The notes: generated by a model not told the origin, from the sequence alone. A DNA stretch of 64,000 nt from an uncultured delta proteobacterium (GCA_963782055.1 CAWAIF010000003.1:2976001-3040000); one strand, 5' to 3'. Shown: positions 28,600-39,645, counted from the stretch's first letter. Numbers and translations are program-made.

Positions 28600-30363
28600 G
28601 TGCGCCACGTCCTCGTCGCCGCCGCCCTCCTCGCCGGCTTCGCGCTCACCGCCTCCTGCCGCGATCCGACCGAGATCGTCGTGCGCATCTCCACCGACGC
28701 GAAGTGCGGCGACATCCACGGCGTCGCGCTGGCGACGGGCACGCTGGGCGACGCCCTGGACGGCAAGCCGGCGTCCACCGTCTCGATGGCGTGCGATCCG
28801 GCGACGGGCCACCTGGGCACGGTGGTCCTCCTCCCCAGCGGCGCCGACGACACGGAGGTGGACTTCCGGGTGACGGCGGGCTTCGGGCAGTCGGTGGAGG
28901 CGTGCAAGGCCCCCTTCGGCCCGGGATGCATCGTCGCGCGCCGCGCCCTGCGCTACATCCCCAACACCCCGCTGTACGTGCCCGTCACCCTCTCGGTGTC
29001 GTGCAACGGCGTGCCGTGCGGCGCCACCTCCACGTGTCAGAACGGCGCCTGCGTGGACCCCCACGTGGACCCGACGCAGTGCACCGATCCATCGGGCTGC
29101 GACGTGGCCGACGGCGGCACGCCTCCGGTGGACGCCGGACCGGACACCGGCGTGCCGGACGCGGGGGCCCCGGTGATCGCGCCCATCATCCAGGTCGGCA
29201 ACGTGCCCTACGAGACGGGCACCTCGATGCAGCAGCACATCCTGCACACCGACAACGGCGGGTACTACTGGTTTTTCTACTACGACAGCTCCAACGTCAA
29301 CGCGCTCCAGCGGGCGCGGTCCGCGGACCTGGTGACGTGGACCCCGGAGGGTGAGGTCGTCACCGGCGACACCGGCAGCGAGGGCCGGAACTTCAGCGCG
29401 GCCTACGCCGACATCGCCGGTCACGACGTGGTGCACATCGTCGCGAGCCACCAGAGCGGCCAGACCTACGGCGCCTACCACGACCGGCTGGAGACGAAGA
29501 AGGGACTGGTCGTCTCCTCGCCGCCGGAGACGAGCGTGATCACCACCACGACCTCCTCCTTCCCCGCCGGCGGCATGCCCGACGGGCCCGCCGTCGCCCT
29601 CTCCTCCGACGCGAAGGTGTTCCTCGCGACCGGGTGGATGAACGAGAACGGCATCACCCAGAGCTTCGACACCTACGCCAACATGGACGTGTACCAGTCG
29701 TCCGCGCCCGACACCGGCGTCGCCGGGCCGCAGGGCACCAGCACGTCCGACTACCACCACTGGGTCCTGACCTACGTGAACAACCGGGCGCTCGTCCCGC
29801 TCGACGCCGGTCGCGTCCTCGCCGTCTGGCCTCAGGCGGACGTCCACCCCGACTCCAGCGATCTATCGTGGGCGTGGTCCGGGGACGGGTGGGTGGACGA
29901 CCCCAACCGGCTGGTCTTCGGCGCCGGCTCGCCCACGGCGCAGAACGACTGGGCCGTGTGCGCGGTGACGCCCACCAGCGTCCACGCGGTCCGCCGCGAG
30001 GTGGGCGGCGGTACGAACGAGGTCTACGACGACATGATCTTCGACGCGGCGAAGGGGGCGTGGACGCCGGGCGCGGCCATCCCGAAGCAAGCGGGCCAGT
30101 ACGGCACCGGCGTCGTGCTGCTGACCGACGGCGCGCGCATGCTCCTCTTCAGCGTGGCGAGCGACGGCAACGACAGCATCGTCTACACGCGCTACGACGG
30201 CACCCAGTGGTCGGCGTGGCAGACGCTCGTGGGCAGCGCCGCCAAGCGCGTGGCGCTGAGCGGCTCGGGGTGCGCGGCGAAGGACCACCAGGTGCTGCTG
30301 TGGACGGAAGGCTACGTCGCCCCCTACACCGCGATGGCGGCGGGCGTGGCCGGGCTGTTCTGA
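28600..30363 (+). CDS. Lipoprotein with Cys-rich N-terminal module and probable beta-propeller C-terminus
   Basis: TASC lipobox; CRDPTEIVVRISTD; CIVARRALRYIP; SADLVTW (Asp-box-like); RYDGTQWSAW. Confidence 0.75.
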   Translation: MRHVLVAAALLAGFALTASCRDPTEIVVRISTDAKCGDIHGVALATGTLGDALDGKPASTVSMACDPATGHLGTVVLLPSGADDTEVDFRVTAGFGQSVEACKAPFGPGCIVARRALRYIPNTPLYVPVTLSVSCNGVPCGATSTCQNGACVDPHVDPTQCTDPSGCDVADGGTPPVDAGPDTGVPDAGAPVIAPIIQVGNVPYETGTSMQQHILHTDNGGYYWFFYYDSSNVNALQRARSADLVTWTPEGEVVTGDTGSEGRNFSAAYADIAGHDVVHIVASHQSGQTYGAYHDRLETKKGLVVSSPPETSVITTTTSSFPAGGMPDGPAVALSSDAKVFLATGWMNENGITQSFDTYANMDVYQSSAPDTGVAGPQGTSTSDYHHWVLTYVNNRALVPLDAGRVLAVWPQADVHPDSSDLSWAWSGDGWVDDPNRLVFGAGSPTAQNDWAVCAVTPTSVHAVRREVGGGTNEVYDDMIFDAAKGAWTPGAAIPKQAGQYGTGVVLLTDGARMLLFSVASDGNDSIVYTRYDGTQWSAWQTLVGSAAKRVALSGSGCAAKDHQVLLWTEGYVAPYTAMAAGVAGLF

Positions 30364-30370
30364 GCCAGCG

Positions 30371-30871
30371 TCACTCCACCGGCCCGGTGACCGCCACCCA
30401 CGCGGCGACGTCGCTGCACAGGGGCCGACCGTCCACCGAGCCGATCATCGACACCACGTAGGCCTGGCCGGGCGGTGACTCCGGCATCCGCGCGTCGACG
30501 TCCACCTCGTACGTCTCTCCGGGGGCGAGTGTCCGGTCCACCGGCGTCCAGTCGGAGAAGCCGCAGCGCTCCACCGGCCCGGCGTGACAGACGACGACCC
30601 TTCGGACGCGCACCCGGTGGGCCTCCGCGCCCCCGTTGTGGATGCTCACCCGGGCGAAGTCATAGCGTCGGTCCGGTCCGCGCGGGTAGCGGGTGCGCGC
30701 GACGAGCCCCGCGTCGGCGAAGGTGACGGAGGAGCGATCGGCGGTGCAGTTGGCCACCGGCAGCATCGCGTGCACCGGGGCGGTCGCGGGTGGCGAGTCG
30801 ATCGCAGGGCCGGCGCTCCCGCACCCGCCGAGGCCGGTCGCCACCCCGAGCAGGACGAGCGCGCGTCGCAT
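30371..30871 (-). CDS. Hypothetical lipoprotein
   Basis: MRRALVLLGVATGLGGC; Ig-like TLAPGETYEV. Confidence 0.6.
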   Translation of the reverse strand: MRRALVLLGVATGLGGCGSAGPAIDSPPATAPVHAMLPVANCTADRSSVTFADAGLVARTRYPRGPDRRYDFARVSIHNGGAEAHRVRVRRVVVCHAGPVERCGFSDWTPVDRTLAPGETYEVDVDARMPESPPGQAYVVSMIGSVDGRPLCSDVAAWVAVTGPVE

Positions 30872-30929
30872 CCCGGGGATCTACGGAGGGCGCCCCGCCA
30901 GGCTTCCCCGGCCCGGTCTGCCGCGGAGA

Positions 30930-33581
30930 TCAGAAGAAGTTGCCGATGGTGAACTCGAAGTCCATCGGCTGCTCGTAAGGCAGCCGGTACAGCGGGAAGC
31001 CCCACTCGAACCGCAGCGGGCCGAGCGGCGAGAACCACCGGATGCCGAACCCGGAGCTCGTCCGCAGGTACGCCAGGCTGTCGGCGGTGAAGCAGGGGCT
31101 CACCACCTTGTCGAACTGCGGCGCGGGCGTCGTCCGGCAGAACTGGTCCTCGGTGTTCCACGCGTTGCCGGCGTCGAAGAAGACGACGCCGCGGATACCC
31201 ACCTTGTCCAGGATGGGGAACTCCAGCTCGAGGTTCATGTACGCCTCGAGGTTGCCGCCGATGTTCGCCCCGTTGGTGATGGGCGGGGAGTTGGGGTCGA
31301 GCGACTGGTTGAGCGGCAGGCGCGGGCCGATGCTCCGCAGGAGGAATCCGCGCACGTCCAGGATGCCGCCCAGAAAGAAGCGCTGGTAGATGGGCACGCC
31401 CTGCGGGCTGGGGCTGGTGATGAGGCCGACCTCGGTGTTGAGCTTCAGCACGAAGCCGGAGCCGGGCATGCCGTTGCCGCCGCCCAGCGGGTAGTAGAAG
31501 CGGCCGGTGAAGCGCTGCCGCCAGAACTCCACCTCGCTCCCGAAGGCGCTCGACGCCAGCTCGCTCGACGCGTTCAGGTACACGCCCGACGTCGGGAAGA
31601 GGCGGTTGTTGCGCGTGTCCAGCACGATGGCCGGGCGCAGCGAGATCGTCAGGCCGCTGTTGAACAGGTTGGCGAGCGGCAGGTTCTGGAAGACGCCGTA
31701 GTAAGGGTTGCTGGTGCCCAGCGTGCCGAAGAGCGTCGTCGACGAGTTGTCGACCTGATCGTACTCCGCGGTGCCTGTCAGGCTGGTGCGCAGCCACGGC
31801 TGGATGAGCGCGTAGCCGAAGGTGAGCGACCCGCCCAGGCTCCGCCGCGCGAAGTTGGGGTAGACGTAGAGCTGATCGTAGAGCTCGGTGCTCATCGACC
31901 AGTCCGTCCCGAAGAAGTACGGCTCGAAGAAGCGCAGGCTGACGACCTGCCGGAGCGAGCTCACCTGCGCGGAGAGTGCCAGCGACTGCCCGTTGCCGAA
32001 GAGGTTCGCCTGCTGGACCTGCGCGGTGGCGATGAAGTTCTCGATGGAGCTGAAGCCCGCGCCGACCTGGAAGGTGCCCGTCGGCCGCTCGGCGATCTCG
32101 AAGTTGATGACCACCTTGTCCGGCGCGGAGCCCTGCTCCGTCGTCACGTCCACCCGCTCGAAGTAGCCGAGCGCGGTGATGCGCTTCTTCGACTCCTCGA
32201 CGCCGCTCTCCGAGTAAAGCTGCCCCTCCTGGATCTCCATCTCCCGGCGGAGCACCGAGTCGCGCGTCTTGGTGTTGCCCTTGATCTCGATGCGCTCGAT
32301 GCGCACCGGCGGCCCGCGCTTGATGGGGATGACGATGTCCACCTGGGCGTGGACCGGGTCGATGTCGGTCTGCGGCTCCGCCTCCACGTCGTAGTAGCCC
32401 GCGTCGCGGTAGAGCGTGCGCACCGCCTGGAGGTCCTTGACGACCTGCGCGCGGTTGAACCAGTCGCCCGACTGCGCGCGGATCATCTCGCGCAGCTTGC
32501 GCCTGCCGCCGAGCGGCTCCACCTCGTTGCCGTCGGCGTCCTGCTCGAAGATCTTGAGCTGCCGGATCTTGTAGCGGGGGCCCTCGTGGATCGTGATGGT
32601 GATCTCGATACCCTCGCGGTCGGTCGTGAGCATCACCCGCGGGGTGCCGATCTGCACGCCCATGTAGCCCTTGTCGTAATACAGGGCGTTGATCAGCAGG
32701 ATGTCGCGCTCCAGCACGTCCTGGCGGTACGGGCCGCCGGAGCCGAAGTCGAAGATGCTCCCGTTGCCCGTCTGCATCACCTCCCGCAGCTCGCTCGAGG
32801 GCACGTGCACGTTGCCGATGAAGGTCACGCGGCGGACGGTGACCTCCTGGTGCTCGACGATCTTGAAGCGGACGATGACCTCGTTGTCGCGCTGGGGCTC
32901 GATCGACGAGTCCACGTTGGCGAGGAAGTAGCCCTTCTCCGCGTAGGCGTCCTTGATCTTCTGCACGCTGCGGCGCACCGCCGGCACGCTGAGGATGGTG
33001 TTGGGCTTGATCTCGATGGTCTCGGTGAGCTTGTCGTCGTCCAGCTCGTCGTTGCCGGAGAACTCGATGGCCTTGATGTTGGGCCGCTCCACCACCTTGA
33101 AGGTCAGGCGCACCCCGCGTGAGACCTGGGTGAGGTCCACCTGGATGTCCTCGAAGAAGCCGGAGTCCCACAGCGAGCGCACGTCGTTGGCGAGCGACTC
33201 CACCTTGAAGGTCTGCCCGGTGCGAAGGCGCATGTACGAGAGGACGTCGTCCTTGGCGATGCGCCCCTTGGGATCCTCGATCTCCACGCCCACGATGGGC
33301 AGGCCCTCGGCCTTCTCCGCCTCCGTCTGCGGCAGGCGGACGGCGGGGACCTCCATGGGGGCGGCGCCGGCGCCGGGCGTGGTGGCGGGGGGGGCGCCCG
33401 CGTCGGCGCCCGTCGCGAGGGGCGCTCCGCCATCCCTGGCGCCCTGGGCGGGGGCGGGGCGTACGCCGCCGTCGAGGGTCTGGGCCCACGCCACGCGCTG
33501 CCCACCGACCAGCAAGAGCGCGAGGGTCGCGAGGAGCCCGAGAACCAGGCGCAAGGCAGGACGACGGGGGTGGACGCTCAC
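30930..33581 (-). CDS. bamA: Outer membrane protein assembly factor BamA
   Basis: POTRA repeats (FSGN, FIGN, IKGNTKTRDSVLRRE), ERPTGTFQVGAGFSS, DVRGF, IRWFSPLGPLRFEWGFP, terminal FTIGNFF. Start approximate. Confidence 0.95.
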   Translation of the reverse strand: MSVHPRRPALRLVLGLLATLALLLVGGQRVAWAQTLDGGVRPAPAQGARDGGAPLATGADAGAPPATTPGAGAAPMEVPAVRLPQTEAEKAEGLPIVGVEIEDPKGRIAKDDVLSYMRLRTGQTFKVESLANDVRSLWDSGFFEDIQVDLTQVSRGVRLTFKVVERPNIKAIEFSGNDELDDDKLTETIEIKPNTILSVPAVRRSVQKIKDAYAEKGYFLANVDSSIEPQRDNEVIVRFKIVEHQEVTVRRVTFIGNVHVPSSELREVMQTGNGSIFDFGSGGPYRQDVLERDILLINALYYDKGYMGVQIGTPRVMLTTDREGIEITITIHEGPRYKIRQLKIFEQDADGNEVEPLGGRRKLREMIRAQSGDWFNRAQVVKDLQAVRTLYRDAGYYDVEAEPQTDIDPVHAQVDIVIPIKRGPPVRIERIEIKGNTKTRDSVLRREMEIQEGQLYSESGVEESKKRITALGYFERVDVTTEQGSAPDKVVINFEIAERPTGTFQVGAGFSSIENFIATAQVQQANLFGNGQSLALSAQVSSLRQVVSLRFFEPYFFGTDWSMSTELYDQLYVYPNFARRSLGGSLTFGYALIQPWLRTSLTGTAEYDQVDNSSTTLFGTLGTSNPYYGVFQNLPLANLFNSGLTISLRPAIVLDTRNNRLFPTSGVYLNASSELASSAFGSEVEFWRQRFTGRFYYPLGGGNGMPGSGFVLKLNTEVGLITSPSPQGVPIYQRFFLGGILDVRGFLLRSIGPRLPLNQSLDPNSPPITNGANIGGNLEAYMNLELEFPILDKVGIRGVVFFDAGNAWNTEDQFCRTTPAPQFDKVVSPCFTADSLAYLRTSSGFGIRWFSPLGPLRFEWGFPLYRLPYEQPMDFEFTIGNFF

Positions 33582-33740
33582 AAGCGCGTACGCTCGTAGC
33601 GCACCCTCACGGGCACGGTCAACGACCGAATCGTGCCGCAAGACTGCACGATCGCGCCGAAATTCCGCCGGTCTCCCGCGTGCATGCCCGGCTCGGCAAC
33701 ACATCCGCCCCGCCTTCCATTCCTCGTCCCGGTGGGCTCT

Positions 33741-34988
33741 TTACGAAGTGGCGACCGCCGGCTCGCGGCGAGGGCGCACCAGCCACATGACGCCGCTCCC
33801 GGCGATGGCCAGGGGCAGCAGCAACATCCCGGTCTGCATCGTGGAGTGGTCGGCCACCGCCCCCACCATCGGCGGGCTCCAGAGGTCCCCGAGCAGGTGG
33901 ATGGAGAAGGTGGAGAGCGCCATCGCGCTGGCGCGGATCCCCGGCGGCACCGAGAGCAGGATGACGGCGTTGATGGGGGAGGTGGAGAGGAAGAGCGCGA
34001 TCTCGCACAGGAAGATGAGGGCGAAGAAGCCGAAGGCGCTGGGCGAGAGCAGGCAGGCGGCGGCCAGCGGCGCGCCCACGAAGCTGGCGATGGCGCACAC
34101 CCGCAGGTGCCCCGACGCCGCCGCCAGCCTGGAGGGCGCCGCCTCCGCCGGCCCGTCGACCCCCGCCCGGCGCTTGCGCGCCCACCGGTCTCCCCACGCC
34201 GAGCCCACCCCGGTGCCGATGGCCCCCGCCACGACGAGCAGCACGCCGAAGAGGTAGTTGGCGTGGTCCAGCTCCACCCCGTACTGCCCGTGGATGTACT
34301 TGGGCGCCCAGTGCGCGAACCCCCCCAGGGCGAAGGTGAAGAGGCAGTAGCCGAGCACCCCGCGCACGTAGAGCCGCTCGCGAAGCAGGGGCTTGATCAC
34401 CGAGAGGACAGGCTGCTTCTCACCCGGAAGGCGCGCCGGCTCGCGGATGAGCAGGCAGGCGAGGGCGAGCACCACGCCCGGACCGCCCACCAGCTCGAAG
34501 GCGACGCGCCAGCCGAGCTGCGCCTCGATGAAGCCGCCCACCAGGTAGCCGACCGCCGACCCCAGGGGGATGGCGAGGTAAAAGACGCCGAGCCAGCGGC
34601 CCTTGCGGTCGGAGGGGGCCATGTCGTCGATGATGGTGGGCGCCACCGCGGCGTAGCTCGCCTCGCCCACGCCGACCAGCGCGCGCGCGGCCAGCAGGGC
34701 GTGGAAGGAGTGCGCCTGCCCGGAGGCGTAGGTCGCCGCGCTCCAGACCAGCACGCCGAAGGCCATCAGCGCCTTGCGGCTGGTGCGATCCCCCAGCGCC
34801 CCGAAGATGGGGCTGGTGGCGAAGTAGCCGATGAGAAAGGCGGTCGCGAGCGCCCCTCCCTGGAAGTCGTCCAGGTGCAGGTCGTGCTGGACGCGCGGCA
34901 GGACGGCGGCCAGGACCGTCCGGTCGATGTAGTTGATGAAGTTGAGACCCGTGAGGATGCTGAGGATGAAGAGGGGCCGCTTGATCAT
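33741..34988 (-). CDS. MFS transporter (Spinster-like)
   Basis: LNFINYIDR, FGALGDRTSRK, ARALVGVGEA, FYLAIPLGSAVGY, IHLLGDLWSP. Confidence 0.9.
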   Translation of the reverse strand: MIKRPLFILSILTGLNFINYIDRTVLAAVLPRVQHDLHLDDFQGGALATAFLIGYFATSPIFGALGDRTSRKALMAFGVLVWSAATYASGQAHSFHALLAARALVGVGEASYAAVAPTIIDDMAPSDRKGRWLGVFYLAIPLGSAVGYLVGGFIEAQLGWRVAFELVGGPGVVLALACLLIREPARLPGEKQPVLSVIKPLLRERLYVRGVLGYCLFTFALGGFAHWAPKYIHGQYGVELDHANYLFGVLLVVAGAIGTGVGSAWGDRWARKRRAGVDGPAEAAPSRLAAASGHLRVCAIASFVGAPLAAACLLSPSAFGFFALIFLCEIALFLSTSPINAVILLSVPPGIRASAMALSTFSIHLLGDLWSPPMVGAVADHSTMQTGMLLLPLAIAGSGVMWLVRPRREPAVATS

Positions 34989-35061
34989 CCGGGCGCGGAC
35001 GGTATCACCAACCCCGCCCCGGCCCGATAGGTCATCCCGGCCCTGCCGGCGCCATCCTTCC

Positions 35062-35091
35062 TTGACATCCGTTCACGTTGCACGGTACCTG
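35062..35091 (+). promoter_or_regulatory. Sigma-70-type promoter for top6B-top6A
   Basis: Perfect TTGACA at 35062-35067, then 17-18 nt to GTACCT/TACCTG; ATG only ~9 nt further with no SD. Confidence 0.5.
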
Positions 35092-35099
35092 CGAAAACC

Positions 35100-37049
35100 A
35101 TGGCGACGAAGAAGCACTCGCCCCCGAAGAAGGCCGCCAGGACGGGGAAGGCCGCGCACGCGGGGAAGGCCCACGCGGGCAAGGCGGTCAAGGCCGTCAA
35201 GGCTGCGAAGGCGGCCCCGCCGCCCCGGCCCGCCGCCGCGATCGCCCCGCCGCCGCCGGTCGCCCCGCCCCCGTCGGAGCCGTCCGCCCCGCGCGTCGAC
35301 CGCAAGCCCGCCCGGCGCGCCACCGCCGAGACGATGGGCCAGCGCCAGCGGGAGATCTCGGTCTCCGAGTTCTTCACCAAGAACCGCCACCTCCTCGGCT
35401 TCGACAACCCCGCCAAGGCGCTGCTCACCACGGTCAAGGAGGCGGTCGACAACGCCCTCGACGCCTGCGAGGAGGCCGGCATCCTCCCCGAGCTCCTGGT
35501 GGAGATCACCGAGGCCCAGGGCGGCCGCTTCCGCGTCGCGGTGGAGGACAACGGCCCCGGCATCGTCAAGCCGCAGATCCCCAAGATCTTCGCCAAGCTC
35601 CTGTACGGCTCCAAGTTCCACCGCCTGCGGCAGTCGCGCGGGCAGCAGGGCATCGGCATCAGCGCCGCCGGCCTGTACGCGCAGCTCACCACCGGCAAGC
35701 CGGTGCAGATCACCTCCCGCACCGGGAAGGGGAGGCCCGCCTTCCGCATCGACCTGCGCATCGACACCAAGCGCAACCAGCCGGACGTGGTGCGCGACGA
35801 GACGGTGGAGTGGGACAAGGACCACGGCACCCGCGTCGAGATGGAGCTCGTCGCCGCCTACCGCGGCGGCCGCACCGGCGTGCAGGAGTACCTGGAGCAG
35901 ACGGTCGTCGCCAACCCGCACCTGGGCCTGGAGTACCGCCCGCCGAAGGGGGAGCCCTCCCTCTTCCCGCGCGTCTCCGACGAGCTGCCGCGCGAGCCGC
36001 ACGAGATCAAGCCGCACCCCCACGGCGTCGAGCTGGGGATGCTCATGAGCATGCTGCAGGACTCGCCGAAGAAGACGGTGAAGCAGGTGCTCACCGACGA
36101 CTTCTCCCGCGTGAGCTCGGCGGTGGCGGAGCAGATCTGCAAGCGCGCGGGCGTGACCTCCAAGGCGAGGGCCGGATCCATCCACGGCGAGGCGATCGAC
36201 CGGCTCCACAAGGCGATGGGCGAGGTGAAGATCATGGCGCCCCCGGCGTCGAGCGTCGTCCCCATCGGGGAGGAGCTGCTCATCGAGGGCCTCAAGCGTC
36301 GCTACCCCGCCGCCGAGTTCTTCTCGTCCACGACGCGCCCGCCGTCGGTCTACCGCGGCAACCCCTTCGTGGTGGAGGTCGGCCTCGCCTACGGCGGCGA
36401 TCTGCCCGCCGACGATCCGGCGGACATCCTGCGCCTCGCCAATCGCGTGCCGCTGCAGTACCAGCCGAAGGCCTGCGCGATCACCGAGTCGGTCTACCAG
36501 ACCAACTGGCGCGCCTACACGCTCTCGCAGCCGAAGGGCTCGCTGCCCATCGCGCCCATGGCGCTCGCCGTGCACCTGGCCAGCGTGTGGGTGCCCTTCA
36601 CCAGCGAGGCGAAGGAGGCGGTCGCCCACTACGACGAGCTGCTCAAGGAGATGAAGCTCGCCATCCAGGAGTGCGGCCGCAAGCTGGGCGCGCACCTGCG
36701 GGCGCGCGAGCGCGCGCTCGGCGAGCAGAAGCGCCTGACCCTCTTCCAGCGCTACATCCCGGAGGTCTCGCAGGCGATGGCCGACATCCTCGGGCTGAAC
36801 GCGGAGGAGATCGCCAAGCAGTTCCACAAGACCTTACCGAAGTTCGTGCACCTCGCGACGGAGGAGCCCGGCGGGTCCGTGCCCCCGCCGCCGCCGAGCA
36901 TGGCGCCGCCCCCGGGCGACGATGGCGCGGAGACTCCCTCGGTCCCGCCGCCGCCCCGCGGGCCGAAGGCGCGCGCCGCCGGCAAGGGCAAGGCGGGCGG
37001 CAAGAAGAAGGGCAAGGCCGGGCGGGGCGAGCAGCTCACGCTCATCTGA
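35100..37049 (+). CDS. top6B: DNA topoisomerase VI subunit B
   Basis: [22 protein letters not shown] motifs [67 protein letters not shown]. Confidence 0.95.
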   Translation: MATKKHSPPKKAARTGKAAHAGKAHAGKAVKAVKAAKAAPPPRPAAAIAPPPPVAPPPSEPSAPRVDRKPARRATAETMGQRQREISVSEFFTKNRHLLGFDNPAKALLTTVKEAVDNALDACEEAGILPELLVEITEAQGGRFRVAVEDNGPGIVKPQIPKIFAKLLYGSKFHRLRQSRGQQGIGISAAGLYAQLTTGKPVQITSRTGKGRPAFRIDLRIDTKRNQPDVVRDETVEWDKDHGTRVEMELVAAYRGGRTGVQEYLEQTVVANPHLGLEYRPPKGEPSLFPRVSDELPREPHEIKPHPHGVELGMLMSMLQDSPKKTVKQVLTDDFSRVSSAVAEQICKRAGVTSKARAGSIHGEAIDRLHKAMGEVKIMAPPASSVVPIGEELLIEGLKRRYPAAEFFSSTTRPPSVYRGNPFVVEVGLAYGGDLPADDPADILRLANRVPLQYQPKACAITESVYQTNWRAYTLSQPKGSLPIAPMALAVHLASVWVPFTSEAKEAVAHYDELLKEMKLAIQECGRKLGAHLRARERALGEQKRLTLFQRYIPEVSQAMADILGLNAEEIAKQFHKTLPKFVHLATEEPGGSVPPPPPSMAPPPGDDGAETPSVPPPPRGPKARAAGKGKAGGKKKGKAGRGEQLTLI

Positions 37050-37060
37050 GAGGATCGACC

Positions 37061-38191
37061 ATGGCCGCCAGGAAAGCAGCGCCGAAGAAGAAGAGCGCCT
37101 CGGACACCGACAAGAAGACCCTCGGCAAGCTGGACAAGCTCGCGGCGCGCGCGCTGGCCGCGGTGAGGGGGGGGAAGAACCCGGCGCTGGACATCCGCGT
37201 GCGCGCCCTCTCCAACGTCAACTTCAACGAGAAGCGGCGCATCATCGAGCTGGGCGACTACACCCAGTCGCGCGAGTTCTTCAACACCTCGATGGCTCGC
37301 AAGTTCATGCAGACGTTCCTGGTGGCGAGCAAGTGCAAGGATCTCGTCGAGCAGGACAAGACGGTCACCATCCGTCAGATGTTCTACCTCTGCAAGCACA
37401 CCCTCCGCGGCACGAGCGAGAACACCTTCGAGGAGCAGTCGGAGAGCGACCCCATCATCGAGGACCTGGAGGTCACGGTGGACGCCCTGCGCGAGGAGCT
37501 CCACCTCTTCGCCAACAAGAAGGGCCTCATCGCGGGCGAGCTGGTCGTCAACGACGCCGGCGACGAGATCGATCTGACCCGCATGGGTCGCGGCGGGTGG
37601 GGCATCCCCAGCATCTGCGAGCCCGACCAGCTCAAGTTCGTCCGTCACAAGGCGGAGTTCGTGCTGCTGGTGGAGAAGGCCGCCGTGTGGCAGCGCCTGA
37701 ACGAGGACGGCTTCTGGAAGAAGCACAAGTGCATCCTCATGACCAGCGAGGGCCAGGCCCCGCGCGGCGTGCGCCGCCTGCTCCAGCGCTTCGCCACCGA
37801 GATGAAGCTCCCCATCTACGTGCTCGTCGACAACAATCCGTGGGGGCTCTACATCTACTCCGTCCTCAAGCAGGGGAGCATCAACCTCGCCTACGAGTCG
37901 ATGCGCATGGCGGTCCCCAACGTGCGCTTCCTCGGGATGAGCGCCTTCGACTACGAGAAGTTCAAGCTGAGCAAGGCGGTCGAGATCAAGCTCTCGCAGA
38001 AGGACGTCGCGCGCGCCTCGCAGATGAAGGCGTACCCCTGGTTCGCCGACAAGAAGTGGCAGCGGGAGATCGACGCCACGGTGAAGCACGGCTTCAAGAT
38101 GGAGGTCGACTCCCTCCTGACCAAGTACGTCAGCTTCATCACCGAGGAGTACATCCCGAAGAAGCTGAAGGACCGCGACTGGCTGGTGTGA
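37061..38191 (+). CDS. top6A: DNA topoisomerase VI subunit A (Spo11 family)
   Basis: Real part of ORF 35078..38191, from ATG 37061 with GAGG upstream. TIRQMFY (catalytic Tyr), QSESDPIIEDLE, LLVEK, GQAPRGVRR, VDNNPWG. Confidence 0.93.
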   Translation: MAARKAAPKKKSASDTDKKTLGKLDKLAARALAAVRGGKNPALDIRVRALSNVNFNEKRRIIELGDYTQSREFFNTSMARKFMQTFLVASKCKDLVEQDKTVTIRQMFYLCKHTLRGTSENTFEEQSESDPIIEDLEVTVDALREELHLFANKKGLIAGELVVNDAGDEIDLTRMGRGGWGIPSICEPDQLKFVRHKAEFVLLVEKAAVWQRLNEDGFWKKHKCILMTSEGQAPRGVRRLLQRFATEMKLPIYVLVDNNPWGLYIYSVLKQGSINLAYESMRMAVPNVRFLGMSAFDYEKFKLSKAVEIKLSQKDVARASQMKAYPWFADKKWQREIDATVKHGFKMEVDSLLTKYVSFITEEYIPKKLKDRDWLV

Positions 38192-38423
38192 GCTGGCGGT
38201 CGCCACGGTCAGTCCGTCCTGGGCGTGCGCGAGCCAGGTGGGGGGCGGTCTTCCAGCTGCGCAGGTGGTGAAGGCAGGCGGAACGCGGTGGACACCTCCG
38301 GCGGTCGAGGGTATGGACCCGCGTTCGACCGGTGGATCGTGAGCGATCCAGTGTCGCTACCAAATTCCGCGGGCACGCGTGGAAACTTGGGCGTAATATG
38401 TGATGTTGCAGGATGTGGGATGG

Positions 38424-38439
38424 CGGCACGTGGCGTGCA
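38424..38439 (+). promoter_or_regulatory. Sigma-54 promoter with upstream AT-rich patch and inverted repeat
   Basis: CGGCACGTGGCGTGCA; AT-rich GTAATATGTGATGTTG at ~38393-38408; TGGATCG-N4-CGATCCA at 38333-38350. Confidence 0.55.
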
Positions 38440-38474
38440 CCTGCGAGGCGCCTACCCCTACTCGAGGTGACGTG

Positions 38475-39645
38475 ATGAGGCTTCGCTGGCTCCTTCCTTT
38501 GCTGGCCGTGTCGGTTGCTGCATGCAGCGGCGCGAAGGGCTCCGGTTTCGGCAACGGCTCGGGAGACGGCGGCGACCCCTTCCAGGACCCCGACTCCGGC
38601 GGTTTCAAGAGCGGCGAAGGCGGCACGACAGGCGGCGGCTGCAACCCCGACCCCGGCAACTTCGACATCCCCGGCAACAACTGCGACGACGACGGCGACG
38701 GCACCGTCGACAACCCGCCCAACTGCGACACCGGCCTCTCCATGACCGGCCCCGCGGCGGACTTCGCCAAGGCGATCGGCCTCTGCAAGACGTCCTCCGG
38801 CGGCTCGTGGGGCGTCGTCTCGGCGACCTACACGCAGGGCTACAAGAGCAACAAGGCGCCGGACGCCAACCAGCACGGCATCCTCACCAAGTTCGGCACC
38901 AAGATCAAACCGCGGCAGGGCAGCGCGCTCGGGGCGCTCAGCTCCGGCTACGCGCGCGACAAGGACAACTGCTCCACCAACTTCGGCGATCCGGGCGCCT
39001 TCAAGGGCGGCTGCGAGATGACCGGCGGCGGCGCGGCGCCCCCCGGCTTCCCCAAGGACTCGCCGAGCTGCCCGCAGGGCCAGATCTCGCAGACCGTCAA
39101 CGACGTGGCGGACCTGAAGCTCGTCGTGAAGGTGCCGAACAACGCCAAGGGCTTCTCCTTCGACTTCGACTTCTGGTCGGGCGAGTGGCCGGAGTTCGTG
39201 TGCACCGAGTTCAACGACTCCTTCATCGCCTACCTGACGAGCAAGGCGTTCAACGGCGGGGCGGCGGACAACATCTCCTTCGACTCCAACAAGAACCCCG
39301 TCAGCGTCAACAACGGCTTCTTCGACCGCTGCTCGCCCGGCTCCGGCCTGGGCTGCGGGAACTTCCCCGCCAACTACAAGTACTGCGGCAGCGGCAACTC
39401 GGAGCTGCAGGGCACCGGCTTCTACGACCCGGGCGATCACTGCTTCAGCGGCAACAACGACTCCGGCGGCGGCGCCACCGGCTGGCTCACCACCAGCGCC
39501 CCGGTGCAGCAGGGGGAGACCATCACCCTCGAGTTCATGGTCTGGGACACCGGCGATCAGAATCTACGACTCCACCGTCCTGCTCGACAACTGGCAGTGG
39601 CAGGCCGGCGACACCGTCGTGGGCACCGGCCGCCCGCCGAATTGA
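38475..39645 (+). CDS. Cys-rich lipoprotein (choice-of-anchor-L-like domain), paralog 1, +1 frameshift at 39561-39562
   Basis: VAAC lipobox; DIPGNNCDDDGDG; SGEWPEFVCTEFNDSF; GGATGWLTT. Removing one A restores WDTGDQIYDSTVLLDNWQW...RPPN, matching paralog 2. Confidence 0.8.

Noticed and set aside
35078..38191. Apparent 1037-aa Top6A fusion
   Set aside because: The first ~660 codons are an off-frame shadow of top6B. The real top6A starts at 37061 with its own SD.
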